A stretch of 64,000 nt of DNA from Syntrophobacteraceae bacterium (GCA_007125915.1 SLCH01000011.1:924-64923); one strand, 5' to 3'. Counted from the first letter of the stretch, positions 38,680 through 48,691 are shown. Numbers and translations: made by a program. The notes: generated from the sequence alone by a model not told the origin.

Positions 38680-41600
38680 TCACATGAGAATTTCTTCCAG
38701 CATCTGCTCCAGATAGCCGTGGTCGCGATAGGGACTGTCTGCTGCGTTGGAAGGACAGACCGTGATGCAGTTGCCACAGCCCTTGCAAAGGGCTTCGTCT
38801 ATGACCGAGTACCATCCGCCTATGTCGTTGCTCTTGAAGCTGATGGCCTGGTAAGGGCAGACCCGCATGCACCTGCCGCAGCCGCGGCAAAGATTTGAAT
38901 CCACCACCACAGTGTAGCCCTTGTTCTGGCGGGGACTCCGCGGCATGACACAAGCTGCCAGAATGGCTGCAGCCTTCCCTTTGGTCCGCTCAGAAACCTT
39001 GATTCCCGGGGGGTTTGCCAGGAAGAGCCCCGGAATGGAAGTGGCTCCGGGAGCAAAAAAAGGCACTCCTGTGACACCTCGAGCCTGCATGGAGCTCTCC
39101 ACGGTGTGGGGAGGAAGCTGCTCTGTGGCCGTGTAGGGAATTTTCCGCCGGCTTTTCTCGCCGAGTATGACGGCGCCCACTTGAAACACCTGCCGGGAAC
39201 CATCGGTTTCGACGGTGACCTGGAGGTTGCCCACCGTTCCTTTGAGGCCCACCACCTTTGAACCTTTGAAACAGTGAATGTTCGGATGTTCCAAATCCTT
39301 TGAGAGGGCCTTGTGAGGTGGGCCAAACAGAAATACCTCCATGCCTGCCTCTGCAAGGGTCATGGCGCTATCGAGGGGAGCCGGGGACTCCCCGATGACC
39401 GCCGTGGTGAAATTATAGGGACGGGCCGGAGTGGGCATGGCTTTGAGGTGGCCTGCCCGGCCCACGGAACGTTCCAGCAGGCCTTGGAAGCGCTCCAGGG
39501 CCAGGGGTTGGTCTGTTTTGAGGAGGCGGAGAACTTCCCCTCTCAAATTGCACGTTTCCACCATGGCCCTGTTGATGCCTGTGCCGTTGAAAAGGGAGTG
39601 CTTGAGCCGTGTGCGCTGGTCCGAACAGGCCGTGCAGATGAAGTCAAGGGGGCAGCAGACACAGGAGCCCAGCACAAGGCGCGTGAGATTCTTTTCCCGA
39701 ATGGCGCGGAGAACGGAGGACGCTCCTGCAGGTACACAAGCCGAAGGGAGCACCTCCACATGTTCCACGAAGGGAATTCCGCCAAGGTTTTCAAGAATCT
39801 TGTTGAGTTCCTCAGGCCATCCATAAGAATCATTGCAGCGGCAGACAAATATTCCCAGACGGAGCGAATCGGAAAGCTGGGGGCCTGCGGCGGCAAAAGA
39901 GAGCCCGTGGCCCCTCATGCGCTGCGTGGTGCCTCCCAACAGAATGAGAGCTTCCGCGGCCACAGCGAATCCCCGAAGCGTCATGGCATAAACATTTTCT
40001 TGGGAGGATTTGGCGTTATAGGCTCTTAAAACGTCTTCTCCCCTGATGTTGGGAGCCAGCTCGGGGTCGGCGATGATCACCACTCCTGCATGTTCGACTT
40101 CTTCTCTCCACTGGGCGTCATGGTGTATGGTGTTCCTGGTTACGCACACCTCGCCGCACTCCAGGCATTCGGAACAAACCCCGCAATTGAGGCAGCGGGA
40201 TGCTTCCGCGAGGACCTGCTCCTCATGGAGACCCAGGGCCACCTCTCCAAACCCTTCACAGCGTACGGATGGCTGAACCTCCGGCATGTGAACCCTCGCA
40301 AGAGAAGGGGTGTGAGGAGGAATTGCAGGAAAATCCAGGTTCTCGGGTCTGCAGGTTCTCACCATTTCCGGTTCTTTGCCCGAAAGCTTCCTCACCACCG
40401 AGCGTGCCGCTTCTCTGCCTGAAGCCATGGCCCTGACCACGCTGGAGGGACCTTCCACGGCGTCCCCTGCGGCGAAGACGTCGAGCAGGGAAGTGGTGCA
40501 TTGGGTGTCCACCTGAATGAACCCACCCTCTGACGTCAGAACACAGGTGCCTTCATCGGCCTTATTGGGACTGCCCGTCTGGCCGATGGCCACGATGGCG
40601 CGATCAAAATCTTCTTCAAAAGTTTTCCCTTTCGAATCGATTCGAGGCCAGCAAATGCCATTGGCGTCGGGCTCCCCCGGCTTGGTGGCTGCGCATCTGA
40701 TTCGGTTGAGCCGGCCATCGGCGCCCAGAAAAGCCGTGACCTGAGTGGAGGTGACGAGGCGAATGCCTTCTTCAAGGGCTGCATTCACCTCCTCCCCATC
40801 CGCTGGTATGGAATCGGCGGGAAACCATGAAAGGACCGTGACCTTTGCTCCCAGGCGCAGGGCAGCACGAGCTGCATCAAAAGCCGAATTGCCGTCACCG
40901 ATGACGGCGATTTTCTCCGGCAGCCGCTCCACTTCACCCCTGTACACGGATCGCAGAAAATCAAGGCACCCGTGAACATTGGCCAGTTCTTCTCCCGGAA
41001 CTCGGAGACTGCGGTCGTGCCAGGTGCCCGTGGCCAGTATGACGGCCTTGAATTGGGCCATCAGTTCCTGAGGACCCTTTTGGGGGTCGATGGGACTTGA
41101 AGGCTTGAATTCCACCCCCAGCCTCCTGATGTTTTCGATTTCGTGGTCGAGAATCTCCCGCGGCAAACGGTAGGGACCCAGGCCGTAGCGAAGCAGGCCT
41201 CCCAGTTCTTTTTCTTTCTCAAAGACAGTCACGGGGTAGCCCTGACGAGCCAGCTCCCCAGCTGCGGCAAGTCCTGCGGGGCCCGATCCTACAACGGCGA
41301 TGTGTTCCTTTCTCCAGGGTGAGGGAGCGGGGCTTTTTTCACCACAATGCTTCATTTCGTAATCAGCGAGAAAGCGCTTGATGTCCCTGATGGCAACGGG
41401 TTCGTCCAGGTCTTTTCTTCTGCATGAAATCTCGCAGGGGTGTGTGCAGATGCGCCCGCAAATGCCCGGCAGAACGTTGTCACGCCGAATGAGTTCCAGG
41501 GCTTCTGAGTATCTTCCCGCTCGGGCAAGAGCCACGTAGCCCTGTGCGTTGACACCCAGTGGGCAAGAGGCCTGGCAAAGAGGCTGCTGTCTTTTGTCTA

Positions 41601-42036
41601 TGTGAGGTCGCCCCGGAAGTGCCTGGCGGCTGGAAAACCGAATGGGTTTGCCTCCATCAGGGGCCGTGGCGGGACACACTTCCACACAGCGCCCACAGAG
41701 GACACAAAGGTCGGGGTCCACGTGATCGGGGGGGATTTCGATATGAGCGCAAAACCCCTGTGGCGTGTGCCGCAGGGAGCGAAGGGTGCCCGGCAGGATG
41801 GTTCGAATTTTGGAATTGCGAAAAATTCTCAGCAGACCGGGCCGTAAGGCGTGGTTGGTGCGCTGACCCGATGCGAACCGGTATTCATCGCGGGCGAGCT
41901 TCACGTCGAGATCAAAGGCGGAATCGACCAGAGTGACGGGAATTCCCATTTCTCCCAATTTGTTGGTGGCGGCTATCCCCGCTGGGTTGGCCCCTATGAC
42001 CAGCACTTTCTGAAGGCGATCTTTAGGAGTTTTCAT
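38680..42036 (-). CDS. hdrL: giant HdrA-related flavoprotein with inserted GltD/NfnB-like NAD(P)H module and ferredoxin domains (HdrL-like)
   Basis: VLVIGANPAGIAA. GltD-like C..CPLGV..IRRDNVLPGICGRICTHPCE..C plus VVGSGPAGLAAAGELARQG. A further dinucleotide fold and C-terminal 2x[4Fe-4S] (CRGCGRCMRVCP, CKGCGNCITVCP). Confidence 0.7.
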   Translation of the reverse strand: MKTPKDRLQKVLVIGANPAGIAATNKLGEMGIPVTLVDSAFDLDVKLARDEYRFASGQRTNHALRPGLLRIFRNSKIRTILPGTLRSLRHTPQGFCAHIEIPPDHVDPDLCVLCGRCVEVCPATAPDGGKPIRFSSRQALPGRPHIDKRQQPLCQASCPLGVNAQGYVALARAGRYSEALELIRRDNVLPGICGRICTHPCEISCRRKDLDEPVAIRDIKRFLADYEMKHCGEKSPAPSPWRKEHIAVVGSGPAGLAAAGELARQGYPVTVFEKEKELGGLLRYGLGPYRLPREILDHEIENIRRLGVEFKPSSPIDPQKGPQELMAQFKAVILATGTWHDRSLRVPGEELANVHGCLDFLRSVYRGEVERLPEKIAVIGDGNSAFDAARAALRLGAKVTVLSWFPADSIPADGEEVNAALEEGIRLVTSTQVTAFLGADGRLNRIRCAATKPGEPDANGICWPRIDSKGKTFEEDFDRAIVAIGQTGSPNKADEGTCVLTSEGGFIQVDTQCTTSLLDVFAAGDAVEGPSSVVRAMASGREAARSVVRKLSGKEPEMVRTCRPENLDFPAIPPHTPSLARVHMPEVQPSVRCEGFGEVALGLHEEQVLAEASRCLNCGVCSECLECGEVCVTRNTIHHDAQWREEVEHAGVVIIADPELAPNIRGEDVLRAYNAKSSQENVYAMTLRGFAVAAEALILLGGTTQRMRGHGLSFAAAGPQLSDSLRLGIFVCRCNDSYGWPEELNKILENLGGIPFVEHVEVLPSACVPAGASSVLRAIREKNLTRLVLGSCVCCPLDFICTACSDQRTRLKHSLFNGTGINRAMVETCNLRGEVLRLLKTDQPLALERFQGLLERSVGRAGHLKAMPTPARPYNFTTAVIGESPAPLDSAMTLAEAGMEVFLFGPPHKALSKDLEHPNIHCFKGSKVVGLKGTVGNLQVTVETDGSRQVFQVGAVILGEKSRRKIPYTATEQLPPHTVESSMQARGVTGVPFFAPGATSIPGLFLANPPGIKVSERTKGKAAAILAACVMPRSPRQNKGYTVVVDSNLCRGCGRCMRVCPYQAISFKSNDIGGWYSVIDEALCKGCGNCITVCPSNAADSPYRDHGYLEQMLEEILM

Positions 42037-42638
42037 GACTTGGCTCCTTTCTTGCCCGCCGCCTTTTTCTCGATCCCCTTGAGAATTGCCGCGCCGTAAT
42101 CGTATCCCTTGTGAAAGGCAGTGGAATTGAGTTCTTCCGTGCCCTTGGGAACAGATTTGACCACAGTTGCGTGCAGGGCGTCCTTGGTGACCACGTCGCT
42201 CACGGCTGACAGGAAACCCAGCATGACGATGTTCGCCATCATTTTCCGGCCCAGCTCTTCGGCAATGCGTGTGGCAGGGACCCTGTAAAGGGTCCGGTCG
42301 CTTCCCTCAGAGATGCGGACCAGGTCCTGGTCCACGATGAGCATTCCGTCGGACCGGACGGAATTGGCATACTTGTCGTACCCCCCCTGAGACAGGCACA
42401 GGACGATATGGGGAATGCGCACGTAAGGGTAATGAATGGTGGACTGGGAGATGATCACCTGTGCACTGCATGCACCTCCCCTGGCTTCGGGACCGTAAGA
42501 CTGGGTGAGGGTGCTCTCCTTGCGGTCCACAAGACTTGCGGCTTTGCCGAGTATCTGGCCGGCCAAAACGATGCCTTGACCTCCAAACCCTGTGATGAGC
42601 ACTTCCTTGTGTTGGGTAGAAGCTGTTTTAGTTGCCAT
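42033..42638 (-). CDS. korC: 2-oxoacid:ferredoxin oxidoreductase gamma subunit
   Basis: ITGFGGQGIVLAGQILG motif. The stop overlaps the hdrL start (ATGA). Confidence 0.75.
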   Translation of the reverse strand: MATKTASTQHKEVLITGFGGQGIVLAGQILGKAASLVDRKESTLTQSYGPEARGGACSAQVIISQSTIHYPYVRIPHIVLCLSQGGYDKYANSVRSDGMLIVDQDLVRISEGSDRTLYRVPATRIAEELGRKMMANIVMLGFLSAVSDVVTKDALHATVVKSVPKGTEELNSTAFHKGYDYGAAILKGIEKKAAGKKGAKS

Positions 42639-42734
42639 CCTGTTGATTTCCCTCTCCGTGATGAGCAGCGAGTGGCGAGCGCAGGCAATGAAGAAAATGC
42701 GGTTTTCAGTTCACCACTTCCTGGGTGCTGCTCC

Positions 42735-43577
42735 CTACATGCAGGCCGCCGGATCCAGACGGCACGTTTTTTCGTAAATATCCGTAAAAGTGGGGCGATC
42801 CACGTTGACGAATGTGCCAAGAGTGATGCCTTTCTGATAATCGAGAATAATGTCCGCGGGGTGAGCGTCATTTTTCACGATGGATTTCTCCTGATAGAAA
42901 CGAAGAGAATCCAGGGGCCTTTCCCGGTTGCGCCGGCCGTAACCCGTCGGACAGGGCGCCAGGACTTCGATGAATGAAAACCCCCGCCGCTGCAGGGCTT
43001 CTTCTATGGACTTGGTGAGTTCCCGAGTGTGCAGAATGGTCCACCTGGCCACATAGGTGGCTCCCGAAGCGAAGGCCAGCAGAGGAAGGTTGAAGGGCGG
43101 TTCGGGATTTCCCATGGGTGTGGTGGTGGTTTTGCTCATGGAGGGAGTGGTGGCGGCCACCTGTCCCCCTGTCATGCCGTAGTTGAGGTTGTTGACGCAA
43201 ATGACCGTGATGTCCATGTTCCGCCGTGCCCCATGAATGAAATGGTTGCCGCCGATGGCGAAAAGGTCTCCATCACCGCTGAAAACGACCACGTTCAACT
43301 CGGGATTTCCCAGCTTCATTCCAGTGGCGAAGGGAATGGCGCGGCCATGTGTGGTGTGGTAGGAATCCAGATTGGTATAACCGGGCACTCGTGCTGAACA
43401 GCCGATTCCGGAAACCATGGTTGTTTTCTGAAGGTCGATGCCGCTGGATTTCATGGCGATGAGGCAGGCGGAAAATGCTGTTCCGATGCCGCAGCCGGGG
43501 CACCAGATGTGTGGAATTCTGTCCGTGCGGACCAGAGAGTCCAGTGGGTGCGTCAATTGGTTTTTTCTTTTAGTCAT
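42735..43577 (-). CDS. korB: 2-oxoacid:ferredoxin oxidoreductase beta (TPP-binding) subunit
   Basis: WCPGCGIG.., GDGD.FAIGGNH TPP motif. Confidence 0.8.
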   Translation of the reverse strand: MTKRKNQLTHPLDSLVRTDRIPHIWCPGCGIGTAFSACLIAMKSSGIDLQKTTMVSGIGCSARVPGYTNLDSYHTTHGRAIPFATGMKLGNPELNVVVFSGDGDLFAIGGNHFIHGARRNMDITVICVNNLNYGMTGGQVAATTPSMSKTTTTPMGNPEPPFNLPLLAFASGATYVARWTILHTRELTKSIEEALQRRGFSFIEVLAPCPTGYGRRNRERPLDSLRFYQEKSIVKNDAHPADIILDYQKGITLGTFVNVDRPTFTDIYEKTCRLDPAACM

Positions 43578-43614
43578 GAATGAGGTCCCCACAATCTTTA
43601 GATTGAATCGCTTT

Positions 43615-44763
43615 TCATTTGCTGATGGCTTCCAGGGATTCCAGGATGCGGTCCGGAGAGATCACCGTCCCTCCCGCGTGGCCAACCAAAAAGGCGGGGC
43701 ATTGGCCCCGGGAACAGCGCTCCACTTCCAGGTGAATCTGACCCAGGTTGATTTCCACCGTGACCAGTGCTTTCATCCTTTTGGCCAGTGAGGCGATGAG
43801 CTCTTCTGGAAAGGGCCACACGGTGATCAGTCGCAGAAGGCCGGCCTTGATTCCCTTTTCCCTGGCTTCATCCACTGCGGCAAGGCTGCTTCGCGCAGAG
43901 ACACCGTAGGAGATGAGAGCGATCTCCGCATCATCGAGACGGTAGCTTTCCGTCTCGATGATGCGGTGAAGATTGTTGCGAATCTTGCCGACGATACGCG
44001 CCACCAGTTTTTCATGAGCATCGGGGGACATGACGGGATATCCGCGTTCGTCGTGGGTGAGGCCCGTCACGTGGATGCCGTACCCCTCTCCGGCGGCGGC
44101 CATGGGGGGAATTCCGTCGGGACCCGGCTGAAAGGGTTTGAAACGATCCTTGCGGCCTTTGGGCAGTTTGCGCGTCTGAAGCTTGATGGCAGCGGCCTCG
44201 GGTATGACCACCTTCTCGCTCAGGTGTCCGGTCACCTCGTCTGCCATGATGAGGACCGGCAGGCGAAAGATTTCACTGAGATTGAAAGCGGTGATGGTCT
44301 GATAGAACATTTCCTGGGGTGAAGAGGGTGCCAGGGCAATGATCTCATAATGACCATGCGAGCCCCAGCGGGCCTGCATCATGTCTCCCTGCGCGGGCAT
44401 GGTGGGCAGCCCTGTGGAAGGGCCGGCCCGTTGCACATTCACTAAAACACAGGGGGTTTCCGTGTAAATGCCGAGCCCGAGATTTTCCATCATCAGGCTG
44501 AACCCGGGCCCTGAAGTGGCTGTCATGCTCTTTGCTCCGGCGCAGGAAGCTCCCAGCACTGAGGCCATGGCGGCTATTTCATCCTCCATTTGTATGAAGG
44601 TGCCCCCCACTTCGGGCAGGTGCAGAGCCATGTGCTCCGCGATTTCCGTGGCCGGAGTGATGGGGTAGGCGCCAAAAAAGCGGCACCCGGCTGCCAGTGC
44701 GCCCTCGGCACACGCTTCGTCCCCCGTCAAGAAATGCTCACCCGTCAAAACTTCTGGTCTCAT
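43615..44763 (-). CDS. korA: 2-oxoacid:ferredoxin oxidoreductase alpha subunit
   Basis: GAYPITPATEIAEHMA..FIQMEDEIAAMA pattern (Kor/Oor-like). Substrate is not determinable by eye. Confidence 0.75.
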   Translation of the reverse strand: MRPEVLTGEHFLTGDEACAEGALAAGCRFFGAYPITPATEIAEHMALHLPEVGGTFIQMEDEIAAMASVLGASCAGAKSMTATSGPGFSLMMENLGLGIYTETPCVLVNVQRAGPSTGLPTMPAQGDMMQARWGSHGHYEIIALAPSSPQEMFYQTITAFNLSEIFRLPVLIMADEVTGHLSEKVVIPEAAAIKLQTRKLPKGRKDRFKPFQPGPDGIPPMAAAGEGYGIHVTGLTHDERGYPVMSPDAHEKLVARIVGKIRNNLHRIIETESYRLDDAEIALISYGVSARSSLAAVDEAREKGIKAGLLRLITVWPFPEELIASLAKRMKALVTVEINLGQIHLEVERCSRGQCPAFLVGHAGGTVISPDRILESLEAISK

Positions 44764-44974
44764 AGACTCTCTTTCCTTCACCCAAGTGGTTGTTTTCCCA
44801 CTGAGAAGGTTTCAAAATGCCATGAATGATTTTCGGAGGGCATATTTTCAAAGGGGTATTCTTACCAAGTCCCCCTTGGCCGTGTGAGAGATGGCTGCCC
44901 TCAATGGATCACTCTCTAATTCACCGGTTAGAAAAAATCGGCCGCTCTCCACCAATGGCCCTGCAGAGGAGGGG

Positions 44975-45244
44975 TCATGAGGATGCGGTTTGCGCCTCCA
45001 CGGAATAAATGGCCAAATCAGGGCATATGGTCTCGCAGTAATGGCAGTTCACACATGCCCCTTCCTTCTTGATCCGGGGAGGGTGATAGCCTCTGGCATT
45101 GAAGTGGGGAGACTCTTCAAGGACATCACGGGGACAGTAGACGATGCAGAAACCGCAGCCTTTGCATCGATCTTCGATGATATGAACGACTCCCTGTGTG
45201 ACTTCAACTTCTGTTGCATCCAGTGGAACACGCCAAAACTTCAT
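44975..45244 (-). CDS. korD: 2-oxoacid:ferredoxin oxidoreductase delta subunit (2x[4Fe-4S] ferredoxin)
   Basis: CKGCGFCIVYCP and CVNCHYCETICP. Start trimmed to MKFWRV. Confidence 0.7.
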   Translation of the reverse strand: MKFWRVPLDATEVEVTQGVVHIIEDRCKGCGFCIVYCPRDVLEESPHFNARGYHPPRIKKEGACVNCHYCETICPDLAIYSVEAQTASS

Positions 45245-45780
45245 GTTCACCCATCCTCGTTCAAATAATTCGATCATCCATTCCAAATGCCTGGGAACGG
45301 CACGAAAGGTCAAAGGTCAAGGGGCCGTATTAGAAGCATGCAGGGTATTCAGGGCTTTGATATGGGCTGAAAACGCCAGTTTGAAGGCCTCCATCTCAAC
45401 CCGCCCTTAAAAACAAAGGGGGTGTTAACCGCGAGAAGGCTCTCTTGACCTGAACTTTCCTCTATATCACGAAAATATGGACTTAAGTCAAGGTGTTTCT
45501 GGATCATGTGCGGGGTTAAATGGTTAAAGGGGTGCCATTTTTGAGGGGGTATTCGGCCTTTTTGAGTTTTTGGCCGAGAGTGGCGGTAATCTTGCTCACA
45601 CATGTCCCTTCCATGGAACATGAAGCGTCATTCTAGATGAGAAGGGCACTCCGCGATCGTGGAGGGAGGGCGGAGGATGTGAAGCCGCCAGTTCCTGTGG
45701 CGGGCCGTTGGAGAAGGTTTCGGTGGCCTTCCCTTTTGAGAAGAATTGATTAGCGGATCCTGGGCAGGGTCATGATGGCC

Positions 45781-45825
45781 GCCCTGGCAGTTCCTTGTTG
45801 TTTTTCCCATGGAAGCTGCCAGGGC
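45781..45825. repeat. long imperfect inverted repeat downstream of the lon-like gene (possible terminator or operator)
   Basis: GCCCTGGCAGTTCC ... GGAAGCTGCCAGGGC, a 13-14 bp stem with one bulge and a 16-nt T-rich loop. Confidence 0.4.
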
Positions 45826-45880
45826 CAAAGACCGCAGGCTGGTTCTGAGGTTCTTGGTTCTCTTTCCGTTCCCGGAAGCT

Positions 45881-48349
45881 TTATCCGCAGTGAGGGCAGC
45901 TGCCTGGCCCTTCGTCTTCCGTTTTTTTGCCGTTTTCCATGTCTTTGCCCCATTCTTTGACTATTTTGGCAATCTCATGCAATCGGTCGTCCACTTTTCT
46001 GAAGAGGGTGCCCTCGGGATAAGTCCCATCGGGTTGCAACTCTCCCGCTTCCATGCCCGTGAGGATCTGGATCCCCTGTTCGACCGTGTCCACGGGCCAC
46101 AGGTGAAATTTGCCCTCCTGCACGGCTTCGATCACTTCCTTTTTGAGCATGAGGTTGCGGATGTTTTTGGAGGGGACCATAACCCCCTGTTCCCCTGTGA
46201 GTCCCTTGTGCTTGCAGATGTCAAAGAAACCCTCCACCTTGTAGTTCACTCCGCCGATGGGCTGGATTTCACCTTTCTGGCTCACGGAGCCCGTCACGGC
46301 AATGCCCTGCTTGATGGGCACCCGCGAAATGGCACTCAGAAGGGCGTAAAACTCGGTGCTGGAAGCACTGTCCCCGTCCACCATGCCATAGCTCTGCTCA
46401 AAGCAAAGAGACGCTGTGAGGGAAATGGGCTTGTTTTGAGCGAACCGTTCTTTCATCAGGTTGGTCAATATGATGAGTCCCTTGGTGTGGGTGTTGCCGC
46501 TCATTTTGGATTCCCGTTCGATGGAAACCATTCCCTCCCGGCCCACGGAGACGGTTGCGGTGATGCGATTGGGTTTGCCAAAGACGTGGTCCCCTGCCGA
46601 GAGAACGGCGAGGCCGTTGACCTGCCCCACCTTGCCGCCTTCCGTTTCCACCCAGAAAATGTCTTTTTGAATCAGTTCCTTGATGCGTTCTTCAATGAGG
46701 TTCGAGCGGTAGATGCGTTTGCGAACGGTTTCTTCCACATGTTTTCCCTCGATGAACTCGGCTCCATCGAGGCTGGCAAAATAGTTGGCCTCCTTCAAGA
46801 GGTCACTGATATTCCCCAGTTCGAGAGTCAGTTTGTCGTGGTCTTCCGTCAGCTCCATGCTGTATTCGAGAACTCTTGCCACTCCCGAGCGGTCCAGGTG
46901 CCGAAGGTTGTGGTCCTTGCAATAAAGACTCATCATGCGGGCGCATTCCATGGTGGACGTGTCCTTGCGGTCCATCTGGGTGTCCATGTGCGCTTTCACC
47001 TTGAACAGTTTCTGAAATCTTTCATCATACGTGTAGAGCAGCTGATAAATGTACGGGTCGCCGGTGAGGACGATTTTGATATCCAGGGGAACGGGTTCGG
47101 GACGTATGGTGCGAGTGCTGAGAAACCCGTAGAGCTCCCCGATGTCTTCGATCTTGATCTCTTTGTCTCTCAGGGCACGCTTCATGGCTTCATAGGAGAT
47201 GAACCATTTCAGGAGATCCAGGGACTTCATGACGAGGTATCCCCCGTTGGCCTTGTGCATGGCCCCCGCTTTGATCATGGTGTGATCGGTGAAAAGGGCT
47301 CCAAACCAGGCTTGCCTTTCAATGGAACCGAAGAGGTTGGGGTAGGCGGGATTGGACTCGATGACGACGGGGGCTCCCTCCGTTTCCGAGTTGTCGATGA
47401 GAACGTTCACGTCGTACTTCCTGAACACGGTCTCCCTTTGGGGAACGGGGAAGGGGGCTCCCGGCTGCTGCTGTTGCGCTTCGGGTTTTTTCTTGAAATC
47501 GTCGATGTTCTCCAGAATGTCTTCCTGAACTTCCTTGAGGTAATCCCGCACATTGGCTTCGTCTTTATACTTTTCTTCGTAGCTGTCCATGAGCTGGCCC
47601 ACCACGAAAAGAGCGATTTCGTTGTCGAGCTTGGTGTGCTTTTCCTTAAAGTCTGCCTCCGCTTCCCGAATCTTTTTGATGGATTCCTTCATCTTTTCGT
47701 GAAGGTCATCACTTTTCTTGCGAAGCTCCGCCCTTTCCTCTTCGCTCAGGTGCCTCAGGTCTTCCTGAGTCATGGGCTCCCCGTCTTTGTTGGCGGGTAT
47801 GATGACCATCCCCACCTGAGAAAACTGGAGAATGAACCCCTGCTCCTTGGCTTCCTGTGAAAGCTCATCGATGAATTCACGCCGCTGCCGTTCAAAGGCC
47901 TGATGAACTTCGCTTTCCTTGGCCCTGTAATCTTCACTGTCGAAGACTTCCGGGATCTTGGCCTGAAGGGTTGCGATGAATTCGTTCATGTCCTTTTTCA
48001 ACTGCTTCCCAAGGCCTGCGGTGAGGCGAAGGCTTTTGGGCTTGTCCTGTTCTTTGAAATTGTAGACATAGCACCAGTCCGGCGGAGTCGGTTCTTTTCT
48101 CGCCTGCTCTTCAATGAAGGATTTGGCCATGTAGGTCAGGCCGGCCTTGGGGGGGCCCGCAATGAAAATGTTGTATCCGCCCTCTTTCATGCCCATGCCG
48201 AACTTGATGGCGTCAATGGCTCTTTCCTGCCCCACCACGCGTTCCTCCAGTGCTTCAAGGGAAGCTGTGGAGTCAAAGGGCAGAGAATCCGGGTCGATGT
48301 GGGCCCGCAGCTTTTCCACGGGCAGTTCTTGAACAGGTTGATTGGCCAT
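45881..48349 (-). CDS. Lon-like protease with degenerate Walker A (LonC-type)
   Basis: C-terminal Lon S16 domain (DGDSASSTEFYALLSAI.., ..VTGSVSQKGEIQPIGGVNYKVEGFF). P-loop position reads GPPKAGLT. Long charged coiled-coil insertion. Confidence 0.75.
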   Translation of the reverse strand: MANQPVQELPVEKLRAHIDPDSLPFDSTASLEALEERVVGQERAIDAIKFGMGMKEGGYNIFIAGPPKAGLTYMAKSFIEEQARKEPTPPDWCYVYNFKEQDKPKSLRLTAGLGKQLKKDMNEFIATLQAKIPEVFDSEDYRAKESEVHQAFERQRREFIDELSQEAKEQGFILQFSQVGMVIIPANKDGEPMTQEDLRHLSEEERAELRKKSDDLHEKMKESIKKIREAEADFKEKHTKLDNEIALFVVGQLMDSYEEKYKDEANVRDYLKEVQEDILENIDDFKKKPEAQQQQPGAPFPVPQRETVFRKYDVNVLIDNSETEGAPVVIESNPAYPNLFGSIERQAWFGALFTDHTMIKAGAMHKANGGYLVMKSLDLLKWFISYEAMKRALRDKEIKIEDIGELYGFLSTRTIRPEPVPLDIKIVLTGDPYIYQLLYTYDERFQKLFKVKAHMDTQMDRKDTSTMECARMMSLYCKDHNLRHLDRSGVARVLEYSMELTEDHDKLTLELGNISDLLKEANYFASLDGAEFIEGKHVEETVRKRIYRSNLIEERIKELIQKDIFWVETEGGKVGQVNGLAVLSAGDHVFGKPNRITATVSVGREGMVSIERESKMSGNTHTKGLIILTNLMKERFAQNKPISLTASLCFEQSYGMVDGDSASSTEFYALLSAISRVPIKQGIAVTGSVSQKGEIQPIGGVNYKVEGFFDICKHKGLTGEQGVMVPSKNIRNLMLKKEVIEAVQEGKFHLWPVDTVEQGIQILTGMEAGELQPDGTYPEGTLFRKVDDRLHEIAKIVKEWGKDMENGKKTEDEGPGSCPHCG

Positions 48350-48419
48350 AGAGCATGTCCCTCCGTTTTTACAAATCAGGATTGATTATCGAATCATGCA
48401 GGATGTTCAGGGCACATTA

Positions 48420-48650
48420 TCAGTTCAAAACTTCCAGTTTTGCTCGTTTTTTATGGCTGGATGCAGCGGCCTGAACAAGTGTTCGAATGGCGTTGATGGT
48501 GCTGCCGTTCTTTCCAATGATCTTGCCCACATCCCCCTCAGCGATCTTAAGTTGAAGCACCACGGTGTCCCCCGTGTCATCTTCATGAAGTGAAACTTCA
48601 TCAGGATGGTCGGCCAGGGATTTCACCAGGTATTCCACAAGTTCTCTCAT
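48420..48650 (-). CDS. KH-domain RNA-binding protein (YlqC/UPF0109 type)
   Basis: DVGKIIGKNGSTINAIRTLV GxxG KH motif. 76 aa. Confidence 0.75.
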   Translation of the reverse strand: MRELVEYLVKSLADHPDEVSLHEDDTGDTVVLQLKIAEGDVGKIIGKNGSTINAIRTLVQAAASSHKKRAKLEVLN

Positions 48651-48691
48651 AAATTATCCTCGTCATCACTTGGTTGTCCATGATGGAGATC

